Program-made: the position numbers and the translations under genes
In this document: piece by piece, positions 18,162-27,232 of the stretch
Numbering within the stretch: the first letter of the stretch is position 1
Layout: each line of letters opens with the position of its first letter
Source: Lachnospiraceae bacterium
GTDB lineage: Bacteria > Bacillota > Clostridia > Lachnospirales > Lachnospiraceae
Assembly: GCA_045617345.1 (NCBI GenBank)
Contig: JAZLIK010000111.1
Span: 8,044-72,043, forward strand
Reading direction: 5' to 3'
Length of the DNA: 64,000 nucleotides
Notes under the pieces: generated by a model
Databases searched by the model: none
What the model was told of the DNA's origin: nothing
The model's input: the letters and a program-made list of their open reading frames with translations, nothing else

Positions 18162-19580
18162 TCATTTCTCAAAGGCTTTCAGCAGCCTGAATTTCAGCTT
18201 GCCGATGAGTCCGGTATACGGATGTTCGCGTAGCGGAAGATTGAAATGGGTTGAGCCGCGCAGAACGGTCTGAGGGTGAGTAAATTCCTTAAAGCCCCAT
18301 TCGCCGTGGTAGGCTCCCATTCCGGAATGTCCGGTACCGTTGAAGGGAACGCCTTTTACAATCATGTGATAGCAGACTTCGTTGATACAACCGCCGCCGA
18401 ACTGCATGGTCTGCATAATTTTTTCGGCCCATGGGATATTGCGTGTAAACACGTAAAATGCGAGAGGTTTTTCGCGTCGGTCGATGATATCGAGCATTTT
18501 GTCGATTTCACTGTCTTTGTAGGTTACAACAGGGAGAAGAGGATTGAAGAGCTCATGACGTACTATGGGCTCGTCAGCTTTCACCGGATAAATGACGGTC
18601 GGAGCATATTTGCATTTTTCACGGCTTCCGAAGCCGCCGAATACTATACGTTCGCGGTAGAGTTCCGCTTCGTCGGCACACTTTTTATATGCTTCAGGGG
18701 TAATCAGCTTCGGGTACTCAGGATTTTCGGGTGCATTTTTGCCTATCTGACGGGTGAATTCCTTTTTCAGAAGTGACACGAATTCATCGGCCACCTCTTC
18801 GGCTACCGCAATCTGGTTGACATTTATACAGATCTGACCGCTGTTTATCAGCTTGAAAAAGACTATTTTTCGGGCGGCATCACGCAGGTTTGCATCCTTA
18901 CGTATGAGAGCCCAGTTGCCGGTTTCACCTCCAAGCTCAAGAGCACACGGAGTCAGATTGTTAGCGGCCTCGGCCAGTACATGACGGGCTACCTTCGGAG
19001 AACCGGTGTAGAATATTTTGTCAAAGGGCTGAGCCAGACACATATCGGCTATATCGTGACCGCCTTCGATTACCGTCACATATTCTTTCGGATAGATTTT
19101 TGAGATAAGCTTTGCAGTAATTCTGCTGCAGGCAGAGGATTTTGAGCTGACCTTCAGTACAGCGGTGTTTCCGCCGGCAATAGCGGCAATCAGTACGCCG
19201 AGTGACAGCAGAATGGGAAAATTGAAGGGACTCAGGATGAGCGTGGTACCGTATGGCATCTTGTAGACCTTTGTTACAATACTGGGGAAGCATGCCGGCC
19301 CACTGAAATGAATTTCGGGCTTTGCCCATTTTTTCAGACCTTTTACTGTTTCGTTGATTTCGAGAATCATCATTCCGACATCGCACAGGTAGGCTTCGGT
19401 TTTTGTCCTGCCCAGATCTTTTCCGAGTGCTTCAAGTATTTTGTCCTCATACCTGATAAGAGCCTTTTTGAGTCTGAGAAGCTGTCTGATTCTAAAATCA
19501 ATATCAAGTGTAATGCCTGTTCGGAAGTATTCCTTTTGAGCATCGGTGATTTTCTTAATACTATCTGCTGTGTATGTCAT
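18162..19580 (-). CDS. NAD(P)-dependent aldehyde dehydrogenase family protein
   Basis: 472 aa with FTGSPKVARHV-like (YTGSPKVARHV), ELGGE and catalytic NSGQIC motifs. Confidence 0.85.
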   Translation of the reverse strand: MTYTADSIKKITDAQKEYFRTGITLDIDFRIRQLLRLKKALIRYEDKILEALGKDLGRTKTEAYLCDVGMMILEINETVKGLKKWAKPEIHFSGPACFPSIVTKVYKMPYGTTLILSPFNFPILLSLGVLIAAIAGGNTAVLKVSSKSSACSRITAKLISKIYPKEYVTVIEGGHDIADMCLAQPFDKIFYTGSPKVARHVLAEAANNLTPCALELGGETGNWALIRKDANLRDAARKIVFFKLINSGQICINVNQIAVAEEVADEFVSLLKKEFTRQIGKNAPENPEYPKLITPEAYKKCADEAELYRERIVFGGFGSREKCKYAPTVIYPVKADEPIVRHELFNPLLPVVTYKDSEIDKMLDIIDRREKPLAFYVFTRNIPWAEKIMQTMQFGGGCINEVCYHMIVKGVPFNGTGHSGMGAYHGEWGFKEFTHPQTVLRGSTHFNLPLREHPYTGLIGKLKFRLLKAFEK

Positions 19581-19630
19581 AATATATCCTCCGTGATGTC
19601 ATTGAATGTTTTTGAAATATGATTTTTGTA

Positions 19631-20413
19631 TTATTTCCGGCTGATTTTAAGATTATGCTCCTGTTTCTTTTTTTCAATAAACCAGTAAGTATATTTTATC
19701 GGCGGGAAGTGTCCCATCAGCAGCTGCGAAATTTTAAACAGAAAGCAGGGATAAATCTGTTTCTTGCCTTTTTCTATGCCGGAAACGACCTTGCGTGCGA
19801 CAACGGAGGCCTCCTGAACCGGGAAGGGTCTCATGTATCCTTTACCGCCACCGCCGCCGGCGTTAAAGAAATTGGTGTTTGTAGCTACGGGATACACACA
19901 GGTAAACTGCAGATTTTTGGGCTTTTCGAGGCGGACAGCTTCTTCAAATCCGGCAAGTGCATATTTGGATGCCGTGTAAAGTGAGTAACCGGGCATTCCC
20001 AATTTTCCGATGGCACTGATTGTGGAAACAAAGGTGCCGCTACGGCCGTTAAGATGTTTTATATAACGCACATAAGAATATATGGGAGAATACGTATTTG
20101 TACGGAACAACTTATCGATTCTGTTCCAATTGACATAATTGTAGTTTTCGATATATGCGAAGCCAGCGTTTGCGTAAAAAATATCGATTTTATCGAAAAG
20201 CTTTTCGGACCTTCTGAAAACGGCCTCAACTCCCTCGGCAGTGCTTATGTCGCATTGCATTGGAATAATTTTTTTGGACATGCCCTCGAGAGAGGAAATG
20301 TCAAGTGCAACGGCAAGAATTCTGTTCCCGTGTCCTTTTTTCAAAAGCTTTAATACCTCAAGTCCGATACCGGAGCCGGCACCGGTTATTACTATGTTTT
20401 TGTTTTCTATCAT
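19631..20413 (-). CDS. SDR-family oxidoreductase
   Basis: ITGAGSGIG and YTASKYA motifs. ATG 20413 follows GAGGTG. Confidence 0.8.
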   Translation of the reverse strand: MIENKNIVITGAGSGIGLEVLKLLKKGHGNRILAVALDISSLEGMSKKIIPMQCDISTAEGVEAVFRRSEKLFDKIDIFYANAGFAYIENYNYVNWNRIDKLFRTNTYSPIYSYVRYIKHLNGRSGTFVSTISAIGKLGMPGYSLYTASKYALAGFEEAVRLEKPKNLQFTCVYPVATNTNFFNAGGGGGKGYMRPFPVQEASVVARKVVSGIEKGKKQIYPCFLFKISQLLMGHFPPIKYTYWFIEKKKQEHNLKISRK

Positions 20414-20460
20414 AATAAACACCTCACAATATTTTTTATGTTCGGATAATCCTGTATGAT

Positions 20461-20645
20461 GTTATTATTCACAGTCTGTCCAAAACGTATTCTTCAGCCC
20501 TGTCTGCAGCACAGTCATTCGCTGCTTCGCAAATGAAAGCTTACTTCATGTGCTTTGCCGGGCTTCCGCAGTCGGATGATAATGCTCACAAGCTTGAAGC
20601 AGGCTTCAGGCTTGCGTTCGTTATCATCCGACTGCGAATAGCAAC
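20461..20645 (+). mobile_element. MITE-like element, full-length copy (185 bp)
   Basis: Bounded by GTTATTATTCACAG ... CTGCGAATAGCAAC. Internal palindrome CAGTCGGATGATAATG..CGTTATCATCCGACTG. Colinear with 29279..29463. Confidence 0.7.
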
Positions 20646-20897
20646 ATTATTTTATCATATAATGTCTGCTTCGTCAAAAGTACTGATGCCTATTGAGACA
20701 CACATTTATTCGCACTATGTGTTCTTAAAACGCAAATATCATTCAAAATCTGCTGATTTTCTTCGAAAAAAAGGTTGGGTCTTCACTTTTTGATTCGAAA
20801 AGTTCATTTTTTCAGCAGGACTGCCGGAAAATAACATACTTTTGATGATTGTATTTTATTTGTGCATCGGCTAATATATCATGAGATATGAAAATGT

Positions 20898-20926
20898 TTG
20901 GCTATTGTCAACGAATGTGATATACT
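20898..20926 (+). promoter_or_regulatory. candidate promoter for the hypA-like cassette
   Basis: TTGGCT, a 17-nt spacer, then TATACT. This leaves a roughly 200-nt leader before ATG 21140. Confidence 0.35.
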
Positions 20927-21139
20927 AATAGTGGGGCAAGGGTTGCTGTTTCCAAACAAGTCGGGTGATAATTGCTTGTTGATGAGTGACATTATTATGC
21001 ATTTCGGGGATGGCAGTTTTGTTGAAAAAAAGAATCTGTCAGGATACAGCGGAGACGATTCACAAAGCAAATACAGATTGAAGATTCTCCTAAGAAATGG
21101 ATTGGCGGAAGTTCGATATACTGAGGTTTGAGATTATAT

Positions 21140-21382
21140 ATGCATGAGCTTGGTGTCTTATTACAGATTGTAAAAACCGTAGATAGAATTGCAAATGAAG
21201 AGCGAATAGATAAAGTACGATATATTGCTGTTGAAGTGGGGGAGGAATCAGGATTTGTTCCAATGTATTTAGGGAAACTGTTTCCTATAGCGGTTGATTC
21301 ATTTCCAATGCTTAAGAAAACACAGCTGAAGATAACTACAGTGCCGGGTGAAGGGCTAATAATCAAGGAAATTGGGTATTAA
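21140..21382 (+). CDS. HypA-like nickel metallochaperone lacking the zinc-finger domain
   Basis: Starts MHE (the HypA Ni-binding N-terminus). 80 aa with no cysteine at all. Ends LIIKEIGY, like the last HypA strand. Confidence 0.6.
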   Translation: MHELGVLLQIVKTVDRIANEERIDKVRYIAVEVGEESGFVPMYLGKLFPIAVDSFPMLKKTQLKITTVPGEGLIIKEIGY

Positions 21383-21390
21383 TTGAAAGG

Positions 21391-22419
21391 ATGCTGTTTT
21401 CCATGAATGATGCAAAGAAAAACTCAGGTAATATTGATGAAAAGGGGAATGTCCTATATCTGGACGAGGAACGATTAAAACGAAAAAAGACAGGATTTTT
21501 GCCATATAAGAATAAAAAGTCCGGGCTTGGAATCAGTAACTGGCTGTATGAGCATTTAATATATGTCAACAAAAAGCGTTTTCCAATTGTACACAAGGCT
21601 TATCGTATTCTCGTTAAATCATTTTATATAATCAAAAAGGGCGGATGGAAGTCACGTCTTTATAAACGCATTATAAGAATGTATCCTGATGAGAAGCACC
21701 CGACATCTACAATTGTTTTGCCTGTTAATATTGATGTTTCGGATAAAGCGGAAAAAACAGTTATTCCATTTGAACTAATTAAAGAATCCTTGAAAAAAGT
21801 TACATACATTGTTGGCGCAGATGTATGTTTATGCCGCGAAAGTAATGGCTGTAAGGATTATCCTCATGACCTGGGGTGTTTATTTTTAGGAGAAGCGGGA
21901 AAGGTGATTGTAAAGCACGGTTTGGGGCGAGAGCTTACTTATGAAGAAGCGTGTGCCAGAATAGATGAAGCTGCAGCCTTAGGACTTATGGGACAAGCCG
22001 TGTGGGTTGAATTCGAGCAGCTTGTATGGGGAATAAGAAATGACCGGATGGATCAAATGCTGGAAATATGTTTTTGCTGTCCATGCTGTTGTCTTGCCAT
22101 GAGAATGGCCAGAAATTCAACAGATAAGGAGAAAAAGCGCTTTCATCCTTCCGGATGGACGGCTGTTGCGGATTTGACAAAATGTATTGGATGCGGAAAA
22201 TGTACAAACAGCCGGATTGAACGGGATAAGTGCCCGATGGATGCCATTAGCCGCGGAGAAGACGGAAAAGTAAGGATAAATCAGGAATTATGTGTTGGAT
22301 GCGGAATATGTAAGGTCAGGTGTCCTGTGGATGCAATAAGTGTCAAACAGACAATGCCGATGCGAAAAGATATTCAGGAATACTTTTTAAAAGATTATAA
22401 TATTGATTTGAAACTCTAA
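21391..22419 (+). CDS. Cys-rich 4Fe-4S dicluster domain protein of unknown function
   Basis: Two ferredoxin motifs (CIGCGKC..CP, CVGCGICKVRCP), plus CLCRESNGC and CFCCPCCC clusters. Alternative start at 21403. Confidence 0.65.
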   Translation: MLFSMNDAKKNSGNIDEKGNVLYLDEERLKRKKTGFLPYKNKKSGLGISNWLYEHLIYVNKKRFPIVHKAYRILVKSFYIIKKGGWKSRLYKRIIRMYPDEKHPTSTIVLPVNIDVSDKAEKTVIPFELIKESLKKVTYIVGADVCLCRESNGCKDYPHDLGCLFLGEAGKVIVKHGLGRELTYEEACARIDEAAALGLMGQAVWVEFEQLVWGIRNDRMDQMLEICFCCPCCCLAMRMARNSTDKEKKRFHPSGWTAVADLTKCIGCGKCTNSRIERDKCPMDAISRGEDGKVRINQELCVGCGICKVRCPVDAISVKQTMPMRKDIQEYFLKDYNIDLKL

Positions 22420-22457
22420 GAAAATATATTCTAAAATGGGGGTAATAGATCAAACAA

Positions 22458-23168
22458 ATGGATGATGTTAGAATTATTGAAGTAAAACGAAGTGTTTTTG
22501 ATGATAATGATAAAGATGCTTGTTGCCTCAGACAGCAGTTAAAAGAAGAGAAAACGTTTCTATTAAATGTGATGTCATCACCGGGAGCCGGAAAGACAAT
22601 GATGTTAAAACGGCTTGCGGAAAAACTTGCAGGGAAGGTTAAATTTGCTGTAATGGAGGCTGATATTGATTCTGATGCGGATGCAAGAGCGATGCGCCAA
22701 ATCGGAGTTGATGCCATACAGATTCACACCGGTGGAATGTGTCATTTGGACGCGGATATGACAAGGCAGGGGCTTACGGAGCTTGGAAGCAGTAAGTATG
22801 ATCTTGTTATTTTGGAAAATGTGGGTAATTTAGTGTGCCCTGCGGAATTTGATACCGGTGCTGTTAAGAATATGACAATTCTCTCAGTACCTGAGGGAGA
22901 TGACAAGCCGCTGAAGTATCCATTGATGTATGAAATATGCAATTTGCTTGTTATCAGCAAAATGGATGTTATTGACAGCTTTGATTTTAATCCGGAGAAA
23001 GCAGTAAGCTATGCCAGGATGCGCAACCCGGAAATCAAAGTGATTTGTATTTCCGCTAAAACAGGTAAAGGAATCGATGAACTGGCGGATTGGATAATAG
23101 AAAATGTTAACAGTTGGAATATGGAAGCCGGTTTCCCGGGTCAGCCTCAAGCAAACGTTATCGAGTGA
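22458..23168 (+). CDS. hypB: hydrogenase/urease-type nickel incorporation GTPase HypB
   Basis: P-loop SSPGAGKT, ENVGNLVCPAEFD and ISKMD motifs. The last roughly 20 codons lie in a dispersed repeat. Confidence 0.8.
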   Translation: MDDVRIIEVKRSVFDDNDKDACCLRQQLKEEKTFLLNVMSSPGAGKTMMLKRLAEKLAGKVKFAVMEADIDSDADARAMRQIGVDAIQIHTGGMCHLDADMTRQGLTELGSSKYDLVILENVGNLVCPAEFDTGAVKNMTILSVPEGDDKPLKYPLMYEICNLLVISKMDVIDSFDFNPEKAVSYARMRNPEIKVICISAKTGKGIDELADWIIENVNSWNMEAGFPGQPQANVIE

Positions 23169-23336
23169 CTTTTGTCACGAGATTATGTGTTTTGTCCGGA
23201 TTTCATAGTCAGACGATAATGTTCATAAATCCTGAAGCAGGCTTCGGCGCGGAGCTCATTATCATCCTACTGTGGATAGAAGCGTTACATTAACATAAAA
23301 AAGTATTTGCGAGGAAAAGTTACTGTGAACGGTAAC
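23110..23336. repeat. mosaic of dispersed repeat modules overlapping the hypB 3' end
   Basis: GCAAACGTTATCGAGTGACTTTTGTCACGAGAT matches 429..470. Also CAGACGATAATG..CATTATCATCCTACTG and a terminal CTGTGAACGGTAAC. Confidence 0.6.
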
Positions 23337-23347
23337 TGAGAAAGAAA

Positions 23348-24052
23348 ATGAGTGATTTTATCAGATTTGAGAAAGTATGCAAGACCTATACCATGGGTGA
23401 AGTAAAGATTGAAGCCCTAAAGGATGCGGGATTTACAATTCAGAAGGGCGAAATATGCATTATAGTAGGCCCCTCGGGTGCGGGAAAAACCACACTTTTG
23501 AATATACTGGGAGGTATGGACAGCCTGACTTCGGGAAGGATTTTCCTTGAGGACAGGGAAATATCGTCGTATTCCAGGAAAGAGCTGACTTCGTTCAGAA
23601 GATATGATGTCGGGTTTGTGTTTCAGTTTTACAATCTGATTCCGAATCTGACAGCACTGGAAAATGTAGAGCTGGCATCCCAGATATGCAGGGAACCGCT
23701 TGATGCACATGAAGTTATGAAGAGAGTCGGACTTGAAGAAAGAGAAAAGAACTTTCCTGCACAGCTTTCCGGCGGAGAACAGCAGCGTGTGGCCATTGCC
23801 AGAGCACTGGCAAAGAATCCCAAGCTTTTGCTCTGTGACGAACCTACCGGTGCGCTTGATTATGTGACCGGCAAACAGATTTTAAAGCTTCTTCAGGATA
23901 CGGCGCGACAGACGGGAATGACGGTTATTATCATTACCCATAACAGTGCGCTTACAGATATGGCTGACAGAATTATCAGAGTAAAGAGCGGCACGGTGGT
24001 CGAAGAGAAGATAAATCCGGCTCCCGTACCGGTAGAGGATATTTCGTGGTAG
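23348..24052 (+). CDS. ABC transporter ATP-binding protein (MacB/LolD-like)
   Basis: [36 protein letters not shown]. Confidence 0.9.
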   Translation: MSDFIRFEKVCKTYTMGEVKIEALKDAGFTIQKGEICIIVGPSGAGKTTLLNILGGMDSLTSGRIFLEDREISSYSRKELTSFRRYDVGFVFQFYNLIPNLTALENVELASQICREPLDAHEVMKRVGLEEREKNFPAQLSGGEQQRVAIARALAKNPKLLLCDEPTGALDYVTGKQILKLLQDTARQTGMTVIIITHNSALTDMADRIIRVKSGTVVEEKINPAPVPVEDISW

Positions 24053-24158
24053 CTTTGCTTGTTTGACGTTACTGTTCATTATCATATGACTGTGAGCTTT
24101 GACCGGACTGTGAACAGTAACTGCTTGACTCTTTGAAGGTTTGTGAGGATGATTTGAA

Positions 24159-27014
24159 ATGATTTTCAAAAATATGCTACGTCAGATAAGGCATTCACTT
24201 GGGCGTTATCTGGCAATATTTGCAATAGTGGCGCTTGGTGTCGGTTTTTTTGCGGGGCTGAAGGTTACCAGGGATGCTATGGTAAAAACAGGCGAGAAGT
24301 ATTTTGAAGAACTGAAGCTGTTTGACTTAAGGCTTGTCAGTACGCTTGGATTTACGGAAGATGATGTGGATAAATTTGACAGTCTTACATTTGTGTCCGA
24401 ATGCATCGGATCTGTCAGTGCGGATGTACTGATTCTGCAGGAAAACGGAGCAGACGGAGTACTCCACGTCCATTCGCTGTCAGATTCGATGAATGTGCCG
24501 GAAATTCTGTTCGGAAGGCTTCCGGAGGCCGGTGATGAGTGTGTACTTGACAACAAGAACTACGACGAGGGAATGCTTGGAAAGTATATTGTACTTTCTG
24601 ACAATAACGAGGCGTCAGCCGGTGATACATTTGTTTATGACAGGTATAAAGTGGTCGGAGTGGTAAACTCACCCTATTATATCAATTTTGAAAGAGGTGC
24701 AAGCAGTCTTGGCTCGGTTTCGGGTTTTATGTATATTCCTGAGAGTGGGTTTAAAACTGATTATTATACGGAGATTTTCCTGCGTTTTTCGGAAAGGCAT
24801 GAGATTTATTCCGAAGAATACGAAAATTATACAGCCGAATGTGAACAGCAGATTACTCCGATGCTGGAGAAATGTGCGGCGGACAGATATGACAGCCTGA
24901 AATCAGATGCACTCGACCGTATACACAGTGCCGAAGCGGAGCTTGCGGACGGCAGAAAAGAATATGAAAGCAAAAAGGCAGACACCGAAAAAAAGCTGCT
25001 CGATGCTGAAGCACAAATAGCTGAGGGTGAAGAGCGGATTAACGTTGCGAAGGAGAATCTGGATAACGGGACTGAGCAGCTGAATGATGCGTACAGCCGT
25101 TTTGAAGCTTCAAAAAACTACATGGATACGCAGATGGCCGAACAGCAGGCAGCAGCTCTTGAAGGAATGAAAACAGAGCTTGATACGGCAGCGGAGCAGC
25201 TTGCCGAATCGGAGCTGCAGCTGGAGACGGCGCGTGCAGAGCTTGAAGAGAACAGGAAAACTGCAGAGGAAGAGTTTCTGAAGGCCGAGAGCGAGCTTAA
25301 TGATGCGCAGAGTAAGATTGATGAAGCATATATTCAGCTCGAAGATCTTGCTGAACCATCAACATTTGTTCTGGGAAGAAATACAAATATCGGATATGCC
25401 TGCCTTGAAAATGATACAGGAATAGTGAGCGGTATATCAAAGGTATTTCCGTTATTCTTTTTTATCGTGGCATCACTTGTCTGTGTTACTACAATGACCA
25501 GAATGGTTGATGAACAGCGTGTTCAGAACGGAGTACTGAAGGCACTTGGTTACAGTGATACTGTTATTGTGGGACAATATCTTTTTTATGCAGGCTCGGC
25601 GTCGGTTTTGGGGTGCATTCTCGGTTTTCTGATTGGTTCGCGCTATATGCCGATGGTATTGTGGAAGATTTACCACATCATGTATTCAATCGAAAGACCG
25701 ATAGTATATCTGCTTGACTGGAGTCTGTTTGCGTTCTGTGCAATTCTGTATCTGATAGCAACTCTCGGTGCCACATGGATGGCGGCTTCCGGAGATCTTA
25801 AGGAAGCGGCGGCGGAGCTTATCAGACCCAAATCTCCTGCGGCCGGAAAGAGGGTTCTTTTGGAACGGATAGGCTTTATCTGGAAGCGAATCAAATTCCT
25901 GCATAAAGTATCAATCCGCAATATACTCAGATATAAAAAGCGAATGTTTATGATGATAATCGGGGTAGGAGGCTGTACGGCACTGCTTTTGACCGGATTC
26001 GGTATCAGGGATTCAATCCAGCCGATACTGGACTATCAGTACAATGAGATACATTTATATGATATAGCGGTTATGTATCTTAATGAAGTGTCACCTGAGG
26101 AACAGAGAAATATAACTGAGGCTCATTCCGGCGATGCGAAAGGAATCAGGTTTATTCATTCGGAAACAATGGATCTTGTGACGAATGATTCCTCGGATTC
26201 CGTAACACTGGTTGCGGCGGACAACATTGAAAAGGAGTATATCAGTCTTCATAAGGGGGATGAGATATACAGCTGGCCCGGAAAGGGTGAAGTTATCATT
26301 GACTACAGACTTGCAAAGGACAATGATATTGAAATCGGTGACACAATAGAGTTCCGTGATTCAGATTTTAATTCGATAAAAGTAAAGGTTTCCGGTATAT
26401 TTGACAATTACATTTATGATTTTGCATACATCAGCTCAGATACCTATGAGGAACAGATGGGGAAAGCTCCCGTACAGGACGGTGCGTATGTACTTTTGAA
26501 GGACGGAACAGATGCTGCTGAGGCAGTAGCCGTGTTTTTAAAAGATAAAAACTGCGGAAGTGTCAGCATTATCGAAAATCAGCTGGCGAATGTCGGAAAT
26601 ATGCTTTCATCCCTTGATTATGTGGTGCTGATAGTTCTGGTGTGTGCCGGAGCACTTGCTTTCATAGTAATATATAATCTGACCAATATCAGCATAAATG
26701 AACGAATCCGTGAGATAGCAACGATAAAGGTACTTGGTTTCTATGAGAGCGAATCTGCCGCATATGTGTTCAGGGAAAATCTGGTGCTTTCACTGATTAG
26801 TGCAATAGTCGGGCTTCCCATGGGGGTAGCTCTCCACCGATACGTCATGGCGCAGATTAAGATTAAGGGTATGTATTTCGGACACAGGATACTTCCCGCG
26901 AGCTTTGTCTGGGCTCTGGTTCTGACTATGGTATTTGCCGTAATTGTTGATTTCTTTATGTATTTCAGACTGAAAAAAATAAATATGGCAGAATCCCTGA
27001 AGGCAATCGAGTAA
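24159..27014 (+). CDS. FtsX-family ABC transporter permease with two FtsX modules and a coiled-coil extracytoplasmic region
   Basis: 951 aa with an N-terminal TM, a long Glu/Ala/Leu-rich coiled-coil segment, and two 3-4 TM blocks. Follows the ATPase gene. Confidence 0.8.
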   Translation: MIFKNMLRQIRHSLGRYLAIFAIVALGVGFFAGLKVTRDAMVKTGEKYFEELKLFDLRLVSTLGFTEDDVDKFDSLTFVSECIGSVSADVLILQENGADGVLHVHSLSDSMNVPEILFGRLPEAGDECVLDNKNYDEGMLGKYIVLSDNNEASAGDTFVYDRYKVVGVVNSPYYINFERGASSLGSVSGFMYIPESGFKTDYYTEIFLRFSERHEIYSEEYENYTAECEQQITPMLEKCAADRYDSLKSDALDRIHSAEAELADGRKEYESKKADTEKKLLDAEAQIAEGEERINVAKENLDNGTEQLNDAYSRFEASKNYMDTQMAEQQAAALEGMKTELDTAAEQLAESELQLETARAELEENRKTAEEEFLKAESELNDAQSKIDEAYIQLEDLAEPSTFVLGRNTNIGYACLENDTGIVSGISKVFPLFFFIVASLVCVTTMTRMVDEQRVQNGVLKALGYSDTVIVGQYLFYAGSASVLGCILGFLIGSRYMPMVLWKIYHIMYSIERPIVYLLDWSLFAFCAILYLIATLGATWMAASGDLKEAAAELIRPKSPAAGKRVLLERIGFIWKRIKFLHKVSIRNILRYKKRMFMMIIGVGGCTALLLTGFGIRDSIQPILDYQYNEIHLYDIAVMYLNEVSPEEQRNITEAHSGDAKGIRFIHSETMDLVTNDSSDSVTLVAADNIEKEYISLHKGDEIYSWPGKGEVIIDYRLAKDNDIEIGDTIEFRDSDFNSIKVKVSGIFDNYIYDFAYISSDTYEEQMGKAPVQDGAYVLLKDGTDAAEAVAVFLKDKNCGSVSIIENQLANVGNMLSSLDYVVLIVLVCAGALAFIVIYNLTNISINERIREIATIKVLGFYESESAAYVFRENLVLSLISAIVGLPMGVALHRYVMAQIKIKGMYFGHRILPASFVWALVLTMVFAVIVDFFMYFRLKKINMAESLKAIE

Positions 27015-27159
27015 AATCGCCAGCAGTCAGACGTGAACCGTCGGACAGAACCGAATACCGGAAGAAAATAGCCGGGCAAATCGGCAGCAGTCAGACGTGA
27101 ACCGCCGGACAGAAACGAATACCGGAAGAAAATAACCGGGCAAATCGGCAGCAGTCAGC
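27014..27159. repeat. tandem array, 64-bp unit x about 2.3, starting at the permease stop codon
   Basis: AAATCGSCAGCAGTCAGACGTGAACCGYCGGACAGAAMCGAATACCGGAAGAAAATARCCGGGC, repeated. Confidence 0.85.
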
Positions 27160-27232
27160 ATATCTGCGCGAATAGCGGGTAGGCTGATCGCTGCCTGTTT
27201 TTGATTGTGAACGGTAACAGGAAATATACAAC

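Noticed and set aside
20533-20793. Listed ORFs lying inside repeat-rich intergenic DNA: 20533..20793, 29365..29583, 35578..35784, 35612..35803, 35695..35892, 40449..40637, 53670..53939, 53909..54199 and 58754..59233.
   Set aside because: They overlap dispersed or tandem repeats and lack ribosome-binding sites. Their translations are low-complexity or repeat-derived with no recognisable motifs.
20898-21131. A 77-aa ORF upstream of the hypA-like gene.
   Set aside because: It has a TTG start with no RBS and no recognisable motif. It coincides with the candidate promoter and leader, so I treat it as non-coding.
23323-23336. CTGTGAACGGTAAC-type boxes considered as CcpA cre sites (TGWAANCGNTNWCA) or CRP-like TGTGA sites.
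   Set aside because: Most copies lack the central CG of cre, and all are clearly ends of a repeat family. Any resemblance is probably incidental. It could be revisited with a PWM scan.
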